Shown: positions 1-13,506, numbered from the stretch's first letter. The stretch is DNA of 64,000 bases from Haliotis cracherodii (GCF_022045235.1 NW_027266273.1:3286001-3350000); one strand, 5' to 3'. A program made the numbers and translations. Notes: generated by a model from the sequence alone, not told the origin.

Positions 1-632
1 ACATCACCTTCATGAACAGGTACACAGCTACCAGATAGTTCCCGTACCGCTTACCACAAAGAAGAGACAGCTTAGCCGACAGGATGTGTCTCAGTTGTAC
101 ACAACACGTATGCCTACTCTCCCTCTGGTTGTCCAAACACCTGTCAATATGCCTCACCACGTATTTTATAGTCCTTATTCTGATCTCCGGACTCTCATAC
201 TGGGCGTCACTGGCCAGACCTACAATCCTGTCAACGTTGATGCCAGACTGACCATTGAGGAGTCTCCATATAATACATGGGATGTAGAACATGAGTGCTT
301 GGATGAGGAGCACAACTGGTACCCACTGGTAGTAGGTGAGCTCTTTTTCTGTTCGCTTGTGATGCTCAACTGGGATGACTTCATTCATGGGGATGTAATA
401 TGTATTGGAGATCCAGCAGATGTTGTTCGCGTAGTCGACATGTGCCCCTGTGAACTGGGCCGGACACCAGCACCTGATTGGGTCGCCTACGTACTGTCGA
501 GCACTGACGACCACTGTGAAGATTATGAGTATTCCTGTTGTATATAGATGGTTCACGCGGTCAATCAGATCGTCATCATTGCGAACTTTTACGTTGGCAA
601 CTCGTCCTACAGACCCAATAATACTGTCCATC
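1..632 (-). CDS. inx: Innexin (gap-junction channel) constant coding exon, truncated by the window edge; 210 codons from the ATG at 631
   Basis: Manual minus-strand translation from 631: MDSIIGSVGRVANVKVRNDDDLIDRVNHLYTTGILIIFTVVVSARQYVGDPIRCWCPAQFTGAHVDYANNICWISNTYYIPMNEVIPVEHHKRTEKELTYYQWVPVVLLIQALMFYIPCIIWRLLNGQSGINVDRIV...CGKRYGNYLVAVYLFMKVM, with no stop. Innexin hallmarks: DDD-x-x-DR, QYVGDPI-x-C, C-W-x-x-NTY and the YYQWVP signature. Acceptor ttctcatctttgttacag|G ATG at 633/632. Paralogue identity not assignable. Confidence 0.97.
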
Positions 633-3016
633 CTGTAACAAAGATGAGAATACGTTAAAATATTGTGTCATTTATATAGTAATAGCCATCACAGTATTTG
701 CATCAAACACATCATAAATGCATACTGCATATTAAGACCACACATAGCTTAAGTCAGTTACATTTATTTAGAACAAATATGAAGACTTACGATGACACAT
801 ATCTGTATATGTGTCACATCGTATTACACGCATTTACATATTTATACACTGTACTCGACATGGTATGTAAGCGCGTGCGTATCGTCTTGTAGGATGGGTA
901 CACGGTACGTGTTTTCGTAGTTTGACGTCAAATGGACATACTCTGGCATGCGTCCAGTCAGGAGAATGAAACTTGACATAACTCAACTCGACGTCGTTTG
1001 TGATTGTATCGAATCCAAAATTATCAGCACCGTCATTCCACTCGTTGCCTTTGACAACGTGTGTTCGGGTCAACAATAAGGTACCAAACATCTGGAATTC
1101 ATTCTCGGTAGGAAATATTGACAGTGTTTTCCCGTGTGGTAAATAATCTTGGGGTTATATACGGGGAGGCAAAACAGTTTCGCGGGCAGGTGTTTAGTCT
1201 ATGATTTAGTTTCATATATACAGGTCACTAAATAGGTCAGATATCTATTTTAACCTTTGGCGTATGCTTGCGGTTATGAGATATTTCCATACATTCTTTT
1301 CCAGACCATGGTGTTGTTACGGTTTCTGAGTTCCTATAACGTTCGGACCACATGATTTGTTTAAGGAAGCTTAAAACATCTTTTTTATTGACGAATTCAC
1401 CTTTGAAGATTGTTCAATCAAAAATAAATGCAGCAAAACATGTATTAAGGACGCGAGATACTCGTAGCGGCAAATCCACTTTGGAATAACATGACAAACA
1501 CAACGCAATCAAGACAAAGGTAATTGCATTAAAGAGTCCCACGGTTCATATATAACTTATTTTACCAAACATTTCCATATTTCTGAAGATTTTAAAGCAA
1601 TGAGTAATGTCGTTCGGTAACAATCGGACAAAACAAACCGAGTTTCTCTACAGTTACTACGTGAGTTTCAGAGAAACACTGATCGATTGTGACAGTTATT
1701 GGATAGAGCATTCGCTCCAAACCGACAATCACAGGCGAGAATCATTGACTAACTCAGTTGTTTGGAGCGCTCTGAGCTAAAATAATAACGAACTAAGACA
1801 AGTCAGATAGGGTTATCTAGCAAACAGGTGCTCCACGTAGCAGAGACCTATGCAGAGTCCTCGGGGTGTTCAAATACCATCTTCTGAGGTCCCGTGCGAG
1901 GAGAAAGATCATGCCTTATGCCCTTTGCTATTGTAAATGTATAGGGTGTTTGGAGCTTCACGTGGCAGGTACAAATAGCATTATTGCTTTCATATGGTAA
2001 CTGACATTAGGTTGGGTGATAAAGAGAACCACTACATAAAATACTTCTTTAAGGACGAAACGTGTGAAAATCGTAACAGAGGGATGATAAGGGAATGAGA
2101 AGAATGATATATGAATATCGAACAAGTAATAATTCGAATGAAACACGTTCGGGGGAAGTTATCGAGAACCTGAACACTTCACATGTTGTAGAACCCACAC
2201 CAGGTAAACAAAAGCCAATTGAAACGACTCTGATAATTTCAAAATTGTGGTGTGTTTATGTATAAAACACGAGACCGTATCTTACTCTAAAGACAAATCT
2301 CGATAAGGCGCTTATACCTTCGAGGTGTTTTTACCGGAGGCGAAACTTTAGAACACGCGTGAAAACTATTTCCCAAGCTGGAGAACATCCTCATGGAGTC
2401 GGTCGACGGTAGCTGAAGGCTTTCTATTGCGAGGTATGAAGTAACGAGGAGGATCCCCATGCATGTCCAGACCAAGAGGTTTAGCGAGGAGATGACTCAT
2501 CGCCACGGGAGTGGAGCATGGCGCAATCCGCGATAACAAACGGAATATTACTAATACGTTTCCTATAATACACGTGAGGGGCCTGGTCAATGGATAACGT
2601 AGGTGTAATGAATGGAGCAACTGGGATAGGGTGTGTGGCATCATCGTTGGTACACCATACAAGGAAGGTATGATGAGTGATTAATACGCATAAACTATGC
2701 AAGCTAAGTAACAACAGTTGGGCGTGTTCTACGAATTTAGGAAACATTTTCCGAGCGTATGAACTGAGGTTAAATATTGAGTAAACAAATCATATCATTG
2801 TTAACGATTCACTAACATGCTATGATTTAAATGAATTACTATCAACAATAAACAAGAAACAAAATCCTTTTATGATAAATAAATAATATACCATGCATCT
2901 AGTAGATTAAGTCAAAACAATACAGAATACCATGAACGTTAAAACAGAAACAACAAATACAAAAGTAGGAACGAGAAAAAGAAGGAACAGCAAACGATGT
3001 GTGTGTTGACACTTAC

Positions 3017-3063
3017 CCTTTACAAAGAAAAGCTGATGCGAAACTTTGTATTCCCAAAATCAT
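3017..3063 (-). CDS. Candidate alternative first coding exon of the innexin: MILGIQSFASAFLCK(G)
   Basis: aatcATG (A at -3), in-frame stop just upstream, 15 codons + GG, then a consensus donor AGG|gtaagt. Phase 2 matches the acceptor at 632. Confidence 0.62.
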
Positions 3064-4027
3064 GATTCAATTTAAAGCATCCTATACACAACAAAAGTTC
3101 TCATCCAGAAACTATCGGTTAAAGTTACCTCGTGCCGCAATCCGTTTCTTAATATTTCAAAATCCACCAAGTTTACATACAGCCCCATAGCTAGGCTCTC
3201 ACACAAGGCAATATGGACGCGGGGAGATGCTAGAGTGCGAAACTGCGGAATGTAAAAAACGGATCCGAAACTGTGGCTTCATGCTGAGTAATATGTTCCG
3301 TATTAATTGTAGTGCTTTCTTTATATTCACCCACGTGTGGAAAGTGAAATATTGAGACTGATCTGACTCACGGTTTGAAGGACTGAACGCGAGATAAGGG
3401 AAGGGATTTATGCTCATCGCTCGCTGATAAAGAAGCCACTCAAATGCCACATAGTTATTTCAATACACGCTGATTCGGTGTATGTATGAGTAGAGCTTTT
3501 TCTGCCTTTTTCGATCAGTAAAGAAAGGCGCGCAAAAGATCATGATTGATAAAGCTTGTTATCACATTGTTCGCGATTCAATGGCGTTAACTCAACAGCA
3601 CAGTCACGCATTAAAACGTCAATATTTTGAAATCAGCATAAAGGATTGCTCACGGCTGTGACTGTGCCAGGAGCTCAGAGGGAGGCGTTCGCTAACATTT
3701 CATGTACATCACCCAACGTTTCTGCAACCATCGATGCAGTGCATGGAAACGTCAACATAAGGTTCGCGTTATTTCCATACGTGGATGCCACAACATCTCA
3801 TTACAACCACGGATTCCTCAAACACAACAGGGGATTTTGTATCCATTATATCCAACGCTTTCTTGCAGGGGCCACAATGGTAACAAGGCACTGAGCACTA
3901 AGGATTTCAGTTCAACAGTGCTTAAATGTAACGACACACGGACAGATGGTTATCGTGAAGTCACGTGATGAAGTGAAGCATGCAGACAGAGATGGGGGAA
4001 TGGGGGAGGGGGTATAGGGGAAGAGAC

Positions 4028-4080
4028 AGAGTATCAGGATAGGTCAGTACCAGGATAGGTCAGTACCAGGATAGGTCAGC
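4028..4080 (+). repeat. 16-bp tandem repeat (cagtaccaggataggt) x~3
   Basis: Directly visible. Confidence 0.9.
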
Positions 4081-4432
4081 ATGCCAGACTAATGGATGTG
4101 TCATAGGAGAGGTGGGCTTGGAGTTTGCAGGCAAATGCATGTCTGTGTATGCATGCATGCAATGTTTAAAACGTGCTGGTATGTCAAATAACTGTTGTCA
4201 GTTTACATCCCTGTTCCTTTGATAGATTATTTACAGGCCTCTGTCATATACCTGGAATATTTTTGCGGCGTCAAACAATATCCACTCAATCATTTGGGTA
4301 TACTGTAGTAATATCGGGTGTTCTATAAAGTACGTCTTGAGTGGTACATCTCTGGTCATGAGAATATAGAACTTTGTTGCTTCGTTTTAACGTTAAACAA
4401 ACATAATTCCTGTCCTATTCAACACAGAATCA

Positions 4433-4584
4433 GGGGCGGTGGGAGAGCCAAGTGACTAAAGCGTTCGCTCGTCACGCCGAAGACCCGTGTTCGATTCCCC
4501 ACAATGTTTGAAGCCCATTTTCACCGTTCCTCTGCCGTGATATTGCTGGAATATTGCTAAAACAGGCGTAAAACCATACTCACT
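4433..4584 (+). mobile_element. tRNA-derived SINE, family A (~165 bp, (ACTC)n tail)
   Basis: A/B-box-like head (gttcgattccc) and shared body/tail with the copies at 16897, 21729, 27239, 58734 and 62047. Confidence 0.85.
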
Positions 4585-4756
4585 TAACACTGGATAAACG
4601 TTTTCTCTTTTTTGTTCAATACAGTTATAATCTGCCTGAATTTGAAATTTCGTACTTGAGTTTTAAGAATATTTTTTACAAGATGTTTTTATGTATATCT
4701 ATCCAAACGGAACTTGCAAGGTGAGACATTATTACCACATCACAAACTAATCTTAC

Positions 4757-4773
4757 CGCATATTTGCTATCAT
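4757..4773 (-). CDS. Candidate alternative first coding exon: MIANM(R)
   Basis: ATG ATA GCA AAT ATG CG|gtaaga; phase 2; in-frame stop upstream. Confidence 0.42.
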
Positions 4774-5939
4774 TCGTCAGTGATCTATTTACGAATACCG
4801 ATATCTCCTTTCAAGCAGTCTTTTACGAAACGTCACAATATCTCATCTCATGTGAAACCGACTCTTCCAAAACGCGTATATTTAAAGACAACATCCTTTG
4901 CCTGGTCCAAAGAAAACTAAGATTGTTCTCTTGGGACACCACAAAACAACCAAGAACATTAGGCACTAAACAAGGACCGCCATTTAATGTCCTAATTACG
5001 TCCTATCTGAACGTTGCACGTGCAACGACTGCAATAAAGCAATGCAAATAAATTACAAAACACGAATCGAGGGGACAGGACAGTTGAATATATTCCCAAG
5101 GAATTGATTTTATGACAAAGGACTGTTGTGCATCGCTTGCATCCTTGGGGTTACCGTGTTAGAAACACCGAATAGAAGTATTAATAATGTAGTGCAATGA
5201 GCATTCACTTGCTGAATGGTATTTGGCGCATTAAAAACGCACTTATTATTACAAACTAAGAGTTTATATAATTGGGGTGTTAAGGTGACCTTATATTTCT
5301 ATTGTATTGCCTTTTGTTTGTATACTGGTGCCGTATTGTCTGCCGGTCGTACTATGACTTTGTGATCGAAACTGTGCCGTAAAAATAGGATATTGGTCGA
5401 GAGAACAAAAGATGTATCGAGACGATGGAGAGACATGCCAATTATAAATTAAACGGCATATCAATCATTTATTCTCGTCATCAAAATGGATTTAAGTGAA
5501 AAACATTATGAAAATGCGAAAAAGTAATCCCCACCCAGAAATATTCTCATATTTATTGATGCGAACGTGATGATATTTGGAATGGCATATTGATATTGAC
5601 ACAAACCTGGCATGTTATTAAAAAAAAGAATTATGTCGGTGAACCTGACATTATCGTAATTAAGGTAAGCCAGGACAATAGTGTTATCAATTACTTACAC
5701 GTTTTTTTTTGTTGGAATAGACGTATTCCACAATTATACCAATGATGAGCCTGGTCACTGGCGATTGACACCTTTCCAATCATATCAATTTCAAAGCCCT
5801 TGGTTATTGATAATGCAATGACATTAATAATACAACTATAATAGTAGTATGGCATTATTCACGCGTCATTTAACTGACCTAACAACGACAATACCACAGT
5901 CTTAATGAGTATCGATGGGTTCTCTTGATTAACCAGGGC

Positions 5940-6140
5940 CACGGAGACCCAATGGTCTTAGGCGGAGCAACTCGCTGACAGGAGTTGCGTCCCTTTGCCA
6001 TGTCAAGACCCCTGGTTTCGAAGATTCGTCTCGATGGCGACCCCTTGACTGTTATACCCATGGGTTTCACTGAAGTGTCCTTTGCCTACGACCTGTGACA
6101 CCATGGACTTTCCGCCCAATGTAAGCTGACACGACCTAAC
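5940..6140 (+). mobile_element. Degenerate SINE family D
   Basis: Shares gagttgcgtccctt, gggtttcactgaagtg and aagctgacacg with 38251-38523. Confidence 0.6.
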
Positions 6141-6144
6141 ACCG

Positions 6145-6460
6145 ATTTAGTTTAGTGGATAGTGTCTGCCCCGAGAGGCGAAGGTCGGTGTTTAGATCCC
6201 CTGGCCACGTCATACAAAAGGACGTTTACATCTGGTACTTAATGTCACCCTGTCTGTCTCTTGTCATTAAGGAGATAAAACAAGGACTGAGTGGGGTATC
6301 AAAGATAAACTGCAGTATGGTATCTCATCTGGCTGACACTGTCAAACCGGCATAAGTCCGGACAGAAGAAGAAGCCACACAAACGCACTCACACACGCAC
6401 CCGGCACGTCAATATATATGCAATAGTCTTGAAGGCGCGACGTTAACTCATTTCGCATCA
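6145..6460 (+). mobile_element. Degenerate SINE family B
   Basis: Similar to 6541-6902 in the opposite orientation. Confidence 0.75.
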
Positions 6461-6540
6461 ACTGCCCGCACGCTTTAAAAACTGTTCAAATTATACCCCT
6501 CACTCACTTTCAAACACTAACAAATCAACCCTCAGTGACG

Positions 6541-6902
6541 TGAGGTGAAGGTGAAGTGAAATGGGGTTTCACGTCGCGTCCAAGATTATTGCACTTATAT
6601 AGCGACGTGCATGTACGTGTGCGTGTTTGTGTAGCTGCTTGTACTAGTCCGGACTGATGCCGATTTATAGTTGCTAGCTCAGTGAGATAGCATGCCGCAG
6701 TTTAACATGAATACCCCACTCAGACACAGTATACTGACTCCGAGCCGACCAGTCCTTGTTTTAACCCCTTAATGCCGAGCGCCAGACAGGATAACAACAA
6801 GTACCATCTTTTAACGTCTTTTGGTATGACGCGGTCGGGGATCGAACCCCGGACCTTCCGCTCTCCGGGGGGACGGTCTACTACTAGACCACGGAGGCGG
6901 TC
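6541..6902 (-). mobile_element. Full-length tRNA-derived SINE family B (MetaSINE-like body, (CACCT)n tail)
   Basis: tRNA-like head gaccgcctccgtggtctagt...ggttcgatccc; 12-bp TSD ccctcagtgacg (6529-6540 / 6903-6914). Superfamily name is from recollection, not a search. Confidence 0.92.
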
Positions 6903-7978
6903 CCCTCAGTGACGCATCCACTCAGTTATAATACAACAGTGACACTGAGTAGGGTCAACTGGCGGATTAACTGCAGTCAATAAAGCTCACGGATCGGCCT
7001 CAAGGTAAAGGAGATGTAAACATGCCGTCATACAACAGAGCAAGCACAGAAAGGATTGCAACAAGTTGTTAATTTGACATCAATGACGGGGCAATGATCA
7101 TAATCGTAAACTCAGGCCGATAACGTCATGTGCAGAGGACAATCAGATTTCTGCTTCAATAATCTTGTTCGTAATTAGGGTCAATTATTCATCCTGTTTT
7201 TGAACGAATCGACGTGATTATTTGCTTGTGCTTGACTTCTCTACAACGCTATGCGTAATGCAGGTAATAAATAACAAAGCCATTTGTCAAATTGTCAGCG
7301 TATCAATCTATATCCTATTAAGCACTTGAATGTACACTTGCTATGGTGCTATTTACATATGAAAAGCAAGATAATTAACATATAAGACGTCATTGGGGAA
7401 CGAAACGAACACCAACGTTTGTTATTGCATGAAGAGTGTATTTCAGACTATTGGAATGGCATGGAGGTAACCTGACGCCCTTGATGTTTATAATACGGAA
7501 ATGTATAAAAACGCAAAGACTAAAAAGGTGTCATTGTCGCATACATTAGTATTGGAAAATGATTACTAAGTTTAATAATATCGATATGGTGGGATCTCGT
7601 GTAAAAATGTATACTGGAATACGAAACCTAATTAGGGTTACCAATATACGAGTATACTAAAAAATCATTTTGTGATTTAAAATTATGAACAGTCATATCA
7701 TGAGAAAGTGAAATGTGACGTGATTGTGACGTGAACAGGTAGTCATAGATGTATCCATAAATGTACATCTTGTGCCAGTTATTATGTAATACAAAACTTC
7801 CGAAGCAATACATCTACAATCTATACACAGTGTTGCGAGCTCAGACAGGTCAAATGACAAGTTGTAGAAAAAAAGCGGAGATATTACCTATGGATGGAGA
7901 CTTGCAAGCCATGGAGAAAGACCCAGGGTATGCGAACATGCGATTATGGCGGCAAACACATATACTTCCAGCACCTAC

Positions 7979-8052
7979 ACAGATGACGTTGAACAAAACT
8001 CCACTGAAGATACTTTTTTCCAAACGGTTAAGTACTTCTTAGCTGCTACCAT
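7979..8052 (-). CDS. Candidate alternative first coding exon: MVAAKKYLTVWKKVSSVEFCSTSS(V), with a possible longer start at 8136
   Basis: acgATGG strong Kozak context, 24 codons + GT|gtaggt, phase 2. Lies in a CpG-rich, repeat-free block (~7900-8750). Confidence 0.45.
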
Positions 8053-9475
8053 CGTTACCCCCGACCCCTCGGGCCCATTACGCACCCCCCTCCACCCTCG
8101 GACTTTGGGGTGTGTGGAGTGTGTGTACTGGCTCATTCGTACATTTGCATATGGGAAACAATAAGCCCGATGCCACTATACTTCGGATATCGGACAGCCG
8201 CCTGCTTCGCCAGATACCTAACGGCGGTCGCCTAGCAACCAGAATTGGGGATCCAGATTTAGCAAAGAGTTCATTCCAGGCAGATGTTTTTTTCGGGGTA
8301 GGAAGACTTACACTGTATATCCCAGCGCGCTGCATGTCGGTCTTAGTAAGCGCTATACGGTGCATGCTGGTGCCGAAACGCAACGTCTCTTGGGTGAGAC
8401 ATTTTTTCCCATTCCATGACGTCATTCGTAAACAACACTACGTAGGAAGTTAGACCATATCACTGACACACCCAACACCGGGGAAACACTGGAACCGTTG
8501 TCCCAGTAAATAAACACAAACACTTGGCTTATATTTCAGATAATCTCAACATGTGATAAAATCGCTCTTCAACGTGTTGACCACATCGCCCAGGCCACGC
8601 TGATAACGACGGTCGACGCCACCTTATAAGGTGAAAACCACGCAAGCGAAAAGAGTGATAAGGACAGATGCCGAGATGAATGAGATCCATATCCACAAGG
8701 AAATCTGTGGAGGCGGCAAAGCACTTTAATTACTGACCAATATCTAGGGTCGCATTAGAAACAGAAAATGAAAATGTATCACGCGATCATATAGGAAATG
8801 ACTCAACACCCACCCTCTCACTCTCACTTCAAAATTCACAAGACGTATGTTCGAAAACGACGAAAGTGATTGATACAATTGACCTGACTGTTATATGATT
8901 AATTCATGACTCAGTTAAACGATTTCAGCCTTTGGAGAAAAGGGAATATGTGGATAGGGATCTGCACCTCCTGTGCAATATTGCAGCTATACATATATAT
9001 CATTCACCTTGTGAACCCACTATAATCGAACCAGATAATAATAAATAACGAGAGACCATACTACCAACCGAGCTACCCCATGCCATGGTAACTTACAAAG
9101 CGATTAAATATCATTCTATCAATTTCGATGTATTCATTTTCGCAGTAAATATTAAATTTTGAATTTCATTTAAATTAAATATGGTATCATTATATTGCAT
9201 ACAAATAATAAAAATATCCATATTTGAGGCGAGGAAAATAATTCTTTTCACTCTTTTTGGAACTTCCGATGGATTGGTTTGGTAAGAGCTGGTGGGTGCG
9301 TGCACACATCACATACTGGCACCGGTTCGTTTTCCCACTTATGCCAACAATTTGGAATATGCTTCCCGGCATATGCTGTATAGTTCCTGACAGACCCATT
9401 GCTGAAACTGACATAATTCTGCATTTCTTCAGACCCCTGGGCAACCCGTGCCTAATACGATCTTCTCCTCGCCAA

Positions 9476-9481
9476 CCCCCC

Positions 9482-9512
<31 letters not shown>

Positions 9513-9553
9513 CCCACACCCCTCAACACACACACACACACACACACACCACC
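9476..9553 (+). repeat. Poly-C run and (CA)n microsatellite
   Basis: Directly visible. Confidence 0.95.
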
Positions 9554-12500
9554 ACCTCAGCCTCGACCCTTCATACACACACTCCAAAATACACCATACA
9601 TTACGACCTGTCACAAGGCCAGCTGAATCTATTCTTCAAGTCTCAGCATGATTGAGCATCTTCCTCAAGGAACACATCAGAGACCTTTGCCAAGCGATGC
9701 ATTAAGTCCAGTCAGAAAACAGTTTAACCCCAGTTACAAATGTCTATCTGTCCTGATCCCCAACACGCGACCCTCTCTACAACCAGGCACCCCTACATGT
9801 TCACGCCCAACACAATAGCACACCGGAGCCATCATACAATGGGATGTAATGTCCACGTCAAAAGGTTAGGTAAATACACAACGCTGGTAACTTATTCAGC
9901 TTACGAAGACCCGTCTACCTAACGCTGAACATATGCCATCTTCACGATCTCAAGCCCAGTGGTTGTTGTGATTACTGGATTCTGTTTCCCTAGAAACTAG
10001 TTAAAACGGCATCTAGGGCCTCTGGTGCACATCTGCGTATGCGATGGTAGCACCTGTCTTGTGGCTATTAATGTGTTTATGTGATAAAATTTTGGTAAAA
10101 ACAGCAGTTACGTCAACAGTGAATTTATTTAGTTTATATATCTTTCACTGAAAATGTTTCGGCGAAGGGTGTTGTCAGTGCAAGACCAGTAAACATGGTT
10201 AAATTGTTTTGTGAAAGCAGCAATCAGTTAAAGATCATGATGAGAAAATGGTTTGGGGAGATACAATCTTACCGTTTACGAGTTAGTAATTAGCTTTCGG
10301 TGCCACGTGGTGACTGTGTCAGAAAGGTAAGAGATATTCAAAAGACGTTGATATTTGTATGATGAGTACATACAGTCACTGTGAAAACACCGTTTTTCAA
10401 TAAGTGTTAGCGATACCACAAGGTTCCAAGGTGTACGTGGACGGATATGTCTACATCACAATCATACAATTTGCTGATAAAATGTTTCGACCAGAGAATG
10501 GTAATAGGATACAACTGCTCAAATAATTATTCAACCACGAAGTTGGAAATTATAGAATCTGATTTGTTAGTCAGGTTTCAAATCTCAATAGCATGCCTCT
10601 GATTCAGGGAAGCACACACCATGAAACCTCTTTTACACGAGGTCCAAGGAATCATTTAGATGTTCGAGACAAGCAGAGTCCTGATATTAACGATAGTGCC
10701 GAAAGAGTTTCTGCTAGTCCTGCACCATGACCGAGGAATATATTTATTTTATGAAAAAAATATATCTAGAAACGCATACAAAAGTAAGTCTAGCCCGCTC
10801 AAGCTAGCTCTGTTCCACATCAGCATAGGGAATTTTTATTTTATTTTTAGAGTCAAGAGGGATATTGTGTAAAATAAGAATTAAGAGACTAAATGTTAGT
10901 CTAAGTTTCTGCGGGAACATAACGTTACATCGCCTTGAACGATATGTCGAGTTAGTGGTCTTGTTCGCGTTGACGAGGATCAGTTGTTTTCACCAGAAAG
11001 TACTATTTTCACCAACCCAGGCTGTAGAGGCTGCAAATAACTGGTATATTGCTGATCATTCTTTACCACTTCGACTCAGGAATAACTTTTCAAACACCTG
11101 GTGCTATCAGTATCTTGACAGTGTTATCCCAAATCTTCAAGAATGGGTTTATTAGTCTGTGTTACACAGTAGTACTAAGTCAACTTTGACAAATATGACG
11201 TCGTTGATCTAATTCTTACAAGAGCATTCTCCTCACGGGGCCTAGTGACATAGTTTAGTTATGCATCTTTTCCGGGAGGCATCCCCCCCCCCCCCCGTGA
11301 GTTGACGCTCAACGGATTGCGGAAATCCGATCACCTCCTCCCAATAGGTAATAACCGTTAATTGAACACCTGTCAAAAGCCAGCCGTTTATCTGACCACT
11401 CCACCTGGTGGAAGAATCCGGTCTATTACCGCTACCACCAATACGATAATGGCATTATCTGTTAAAGAAAGTAGATTATTCCCAATTGGGGCGGGTTTTA
11501 GACAGGTAACAGCCCGCATTGTGAATAGCAAAAGATGATGACCGAAGCAGATGACTGCACGAAGTTGATGAGGGTTCCCGTTACTGTGTATCAATTTGGA
11601 TGATCTGAACGACAAAGCAGCAAGTTCAACCTTCCTGTTCCACAAAGCCGACGAACACGTGCACACATCATGAATTGTCTGCTCTTACAGCAGAAACGTT
11701 GCCTCTTATCAGATGATACTCAAAGTAATGTGACGTCTTAATGTACTGAAATGTCAGGATAATGAATACTCAGATTATACGATACGGTTCTGGAGATATG
11801 ATACCGGACATATGATACCCAGGGAGGTGTGCGGAACAAGGCCAATGGTATGATCCTTGATCAAGGGATTTAAAGGTTTGTTCGTGCACATATAATCGGT
11901 CACCACATTGTTTTGGCTGAGTTCGCAGAACAAATACGTTATCCGTGACAATTACATTGACAAATGAACCATCACGAATCCAAAACTCATTTAAATATGT
12001 TCGGGACAAAGATCTGTACAGGTCAGCAAACACTGGCATGTCAATCGATTAAATGCCACCCTCTTTTCGCCTTACAAGAGCATATTTTACATTGATTTAC
12101 CGTTAGCGATTTTCTGCATTGCGCCCTTCACTGCAGCTTGATTATCGAACCCTAGAATTATCCAGATTTCTGTTTTCTCCCATTACTGTATCAATATCAA
12201 TAACCATGACAGTCCATTTAAAAAACAAACACACATTGACAATAGACTGAGGTTCATGCGTCGTGTCACTAATTCAAAATGACACCTAATCGCGTTTGTA
12301 TACTACATGAAATTGCTCAGTAACAAAAATCGGACGTGGAGCTATTACGATGTATTACCAGTGATCCCAAAAATATCACTATACCAATGGGAGATTAAAT
12401 CTAGGTCCAAGGCAATACAAAACAGACACACCGGTACAAGCTTTCCACGGGCGGCCAATTTCCCATTAGACAGAATTATCAGGTTATTGTTGAAACTCGT

Positions 12501-13072
12501 CGTTGTGACAGAGTAACAATCCACCTTCAACATCTGCGGCATCCGTTATCTGGCTGCTGCGGTTGAGAAGAAATCTATCAAAATTAGCGGGAAACAATAT
12601 CCTCCCATGGCGCGCCAGATCGTGACTGTTGGAGCTACGTCCCAAGAGACTATATTGTGTTACGTATTTCTGGTTTATCAATCTCTACTCGCTCTTGTAA
12701 TATTGTGGTCCACGGTAGGCCAGTGCTATGTAAGGATAACGTATAAGCAGGAGTGCGAGGAGAAGCTGAGAGCTGTGCAGAATGTTAACAGTGTTCCCGG
12801 ACTTGCATCTGTAAAGCAGGCATATAACCTGTATATCTAAATACATCAATACCCGATAACCTGAGCAGGGTGTTAGTTTCTGAGAAACGGCATGCGCACA
12901 TGTGTTTTGCTGGAGAATTATTGCATTAACAAAACACTGTATCTAATGAAATGGACTAATAGTGTAGAACATGTGTGTGTGTACACATGTATACATTACT
13001 TTGTTCAATACAGGGTTAAGATGGGTGCGTTACCAGAGTATCACACTTAAAAGCTATGTGCTATCAATTAAG

Positions 13073-13341
13073 TGGTGAGGTGAGGTGAAATGGGGTTTAA
13101 CGCCGCGTCCGAGATTATTACACTTATATATCGACGTGCATGTACGTGTGTGTGTTTGTGTGGCTGCTTGTACTAGTCCGGACTGATGCCGATTTATTGT
13201 GCTAGCTCACTGAGATAGCATGCCGCAGTTTAACATGAATATCCCACTCAGACACAGTATACTGTCTCCGAGCCGACAAGTCCTTGTTTTAGCCCCTTAA
13301 TACCGAACGCCAGACAGGGTAACAACAAGTACCATATTTTA
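13073..13341 (-). mobile_element. 5'-truncated SINE family B
   Basis: Lacks the head; 12-bp TSD ctatcaattaag (13061-13072 / 13342-13353). Confidence 0.92.
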
Positions 13342-13506
13342 CTATCAATTAAGAAAGACGCTGAACAAGTAAAAACAGTTGTAATGTATCTATGGCGTTC
13401 GTTATAATACTGGAACGGTTGAAATCAGCTCATACTAAAGTGATGATTTGACAGTTTGTTATGTCAGTTTAGTCTCTCGTACAAATGAAATATATTTCAA
13501 AGTTTC

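Noticed and set aside
86-547. 153-aa plus-strand ORF, the longest in the track
   Set aside because: Antisense shadow of the innexin exon; non-ATG start and no recognisable motifs.
9190-9655. Overlapping Pro/His/Thr- and Gly/Val/Cys-rich ORFs
   Set aside because: Translations of poly-C and (CA)n repeats.
12349-12542. 65-aa minus-strand ORF ending in a phase-2 GT (ATC|gtaata)
   Set aside because: Weak donor and weak Kozak context; compatible with chance, so not counted among the variable exons.
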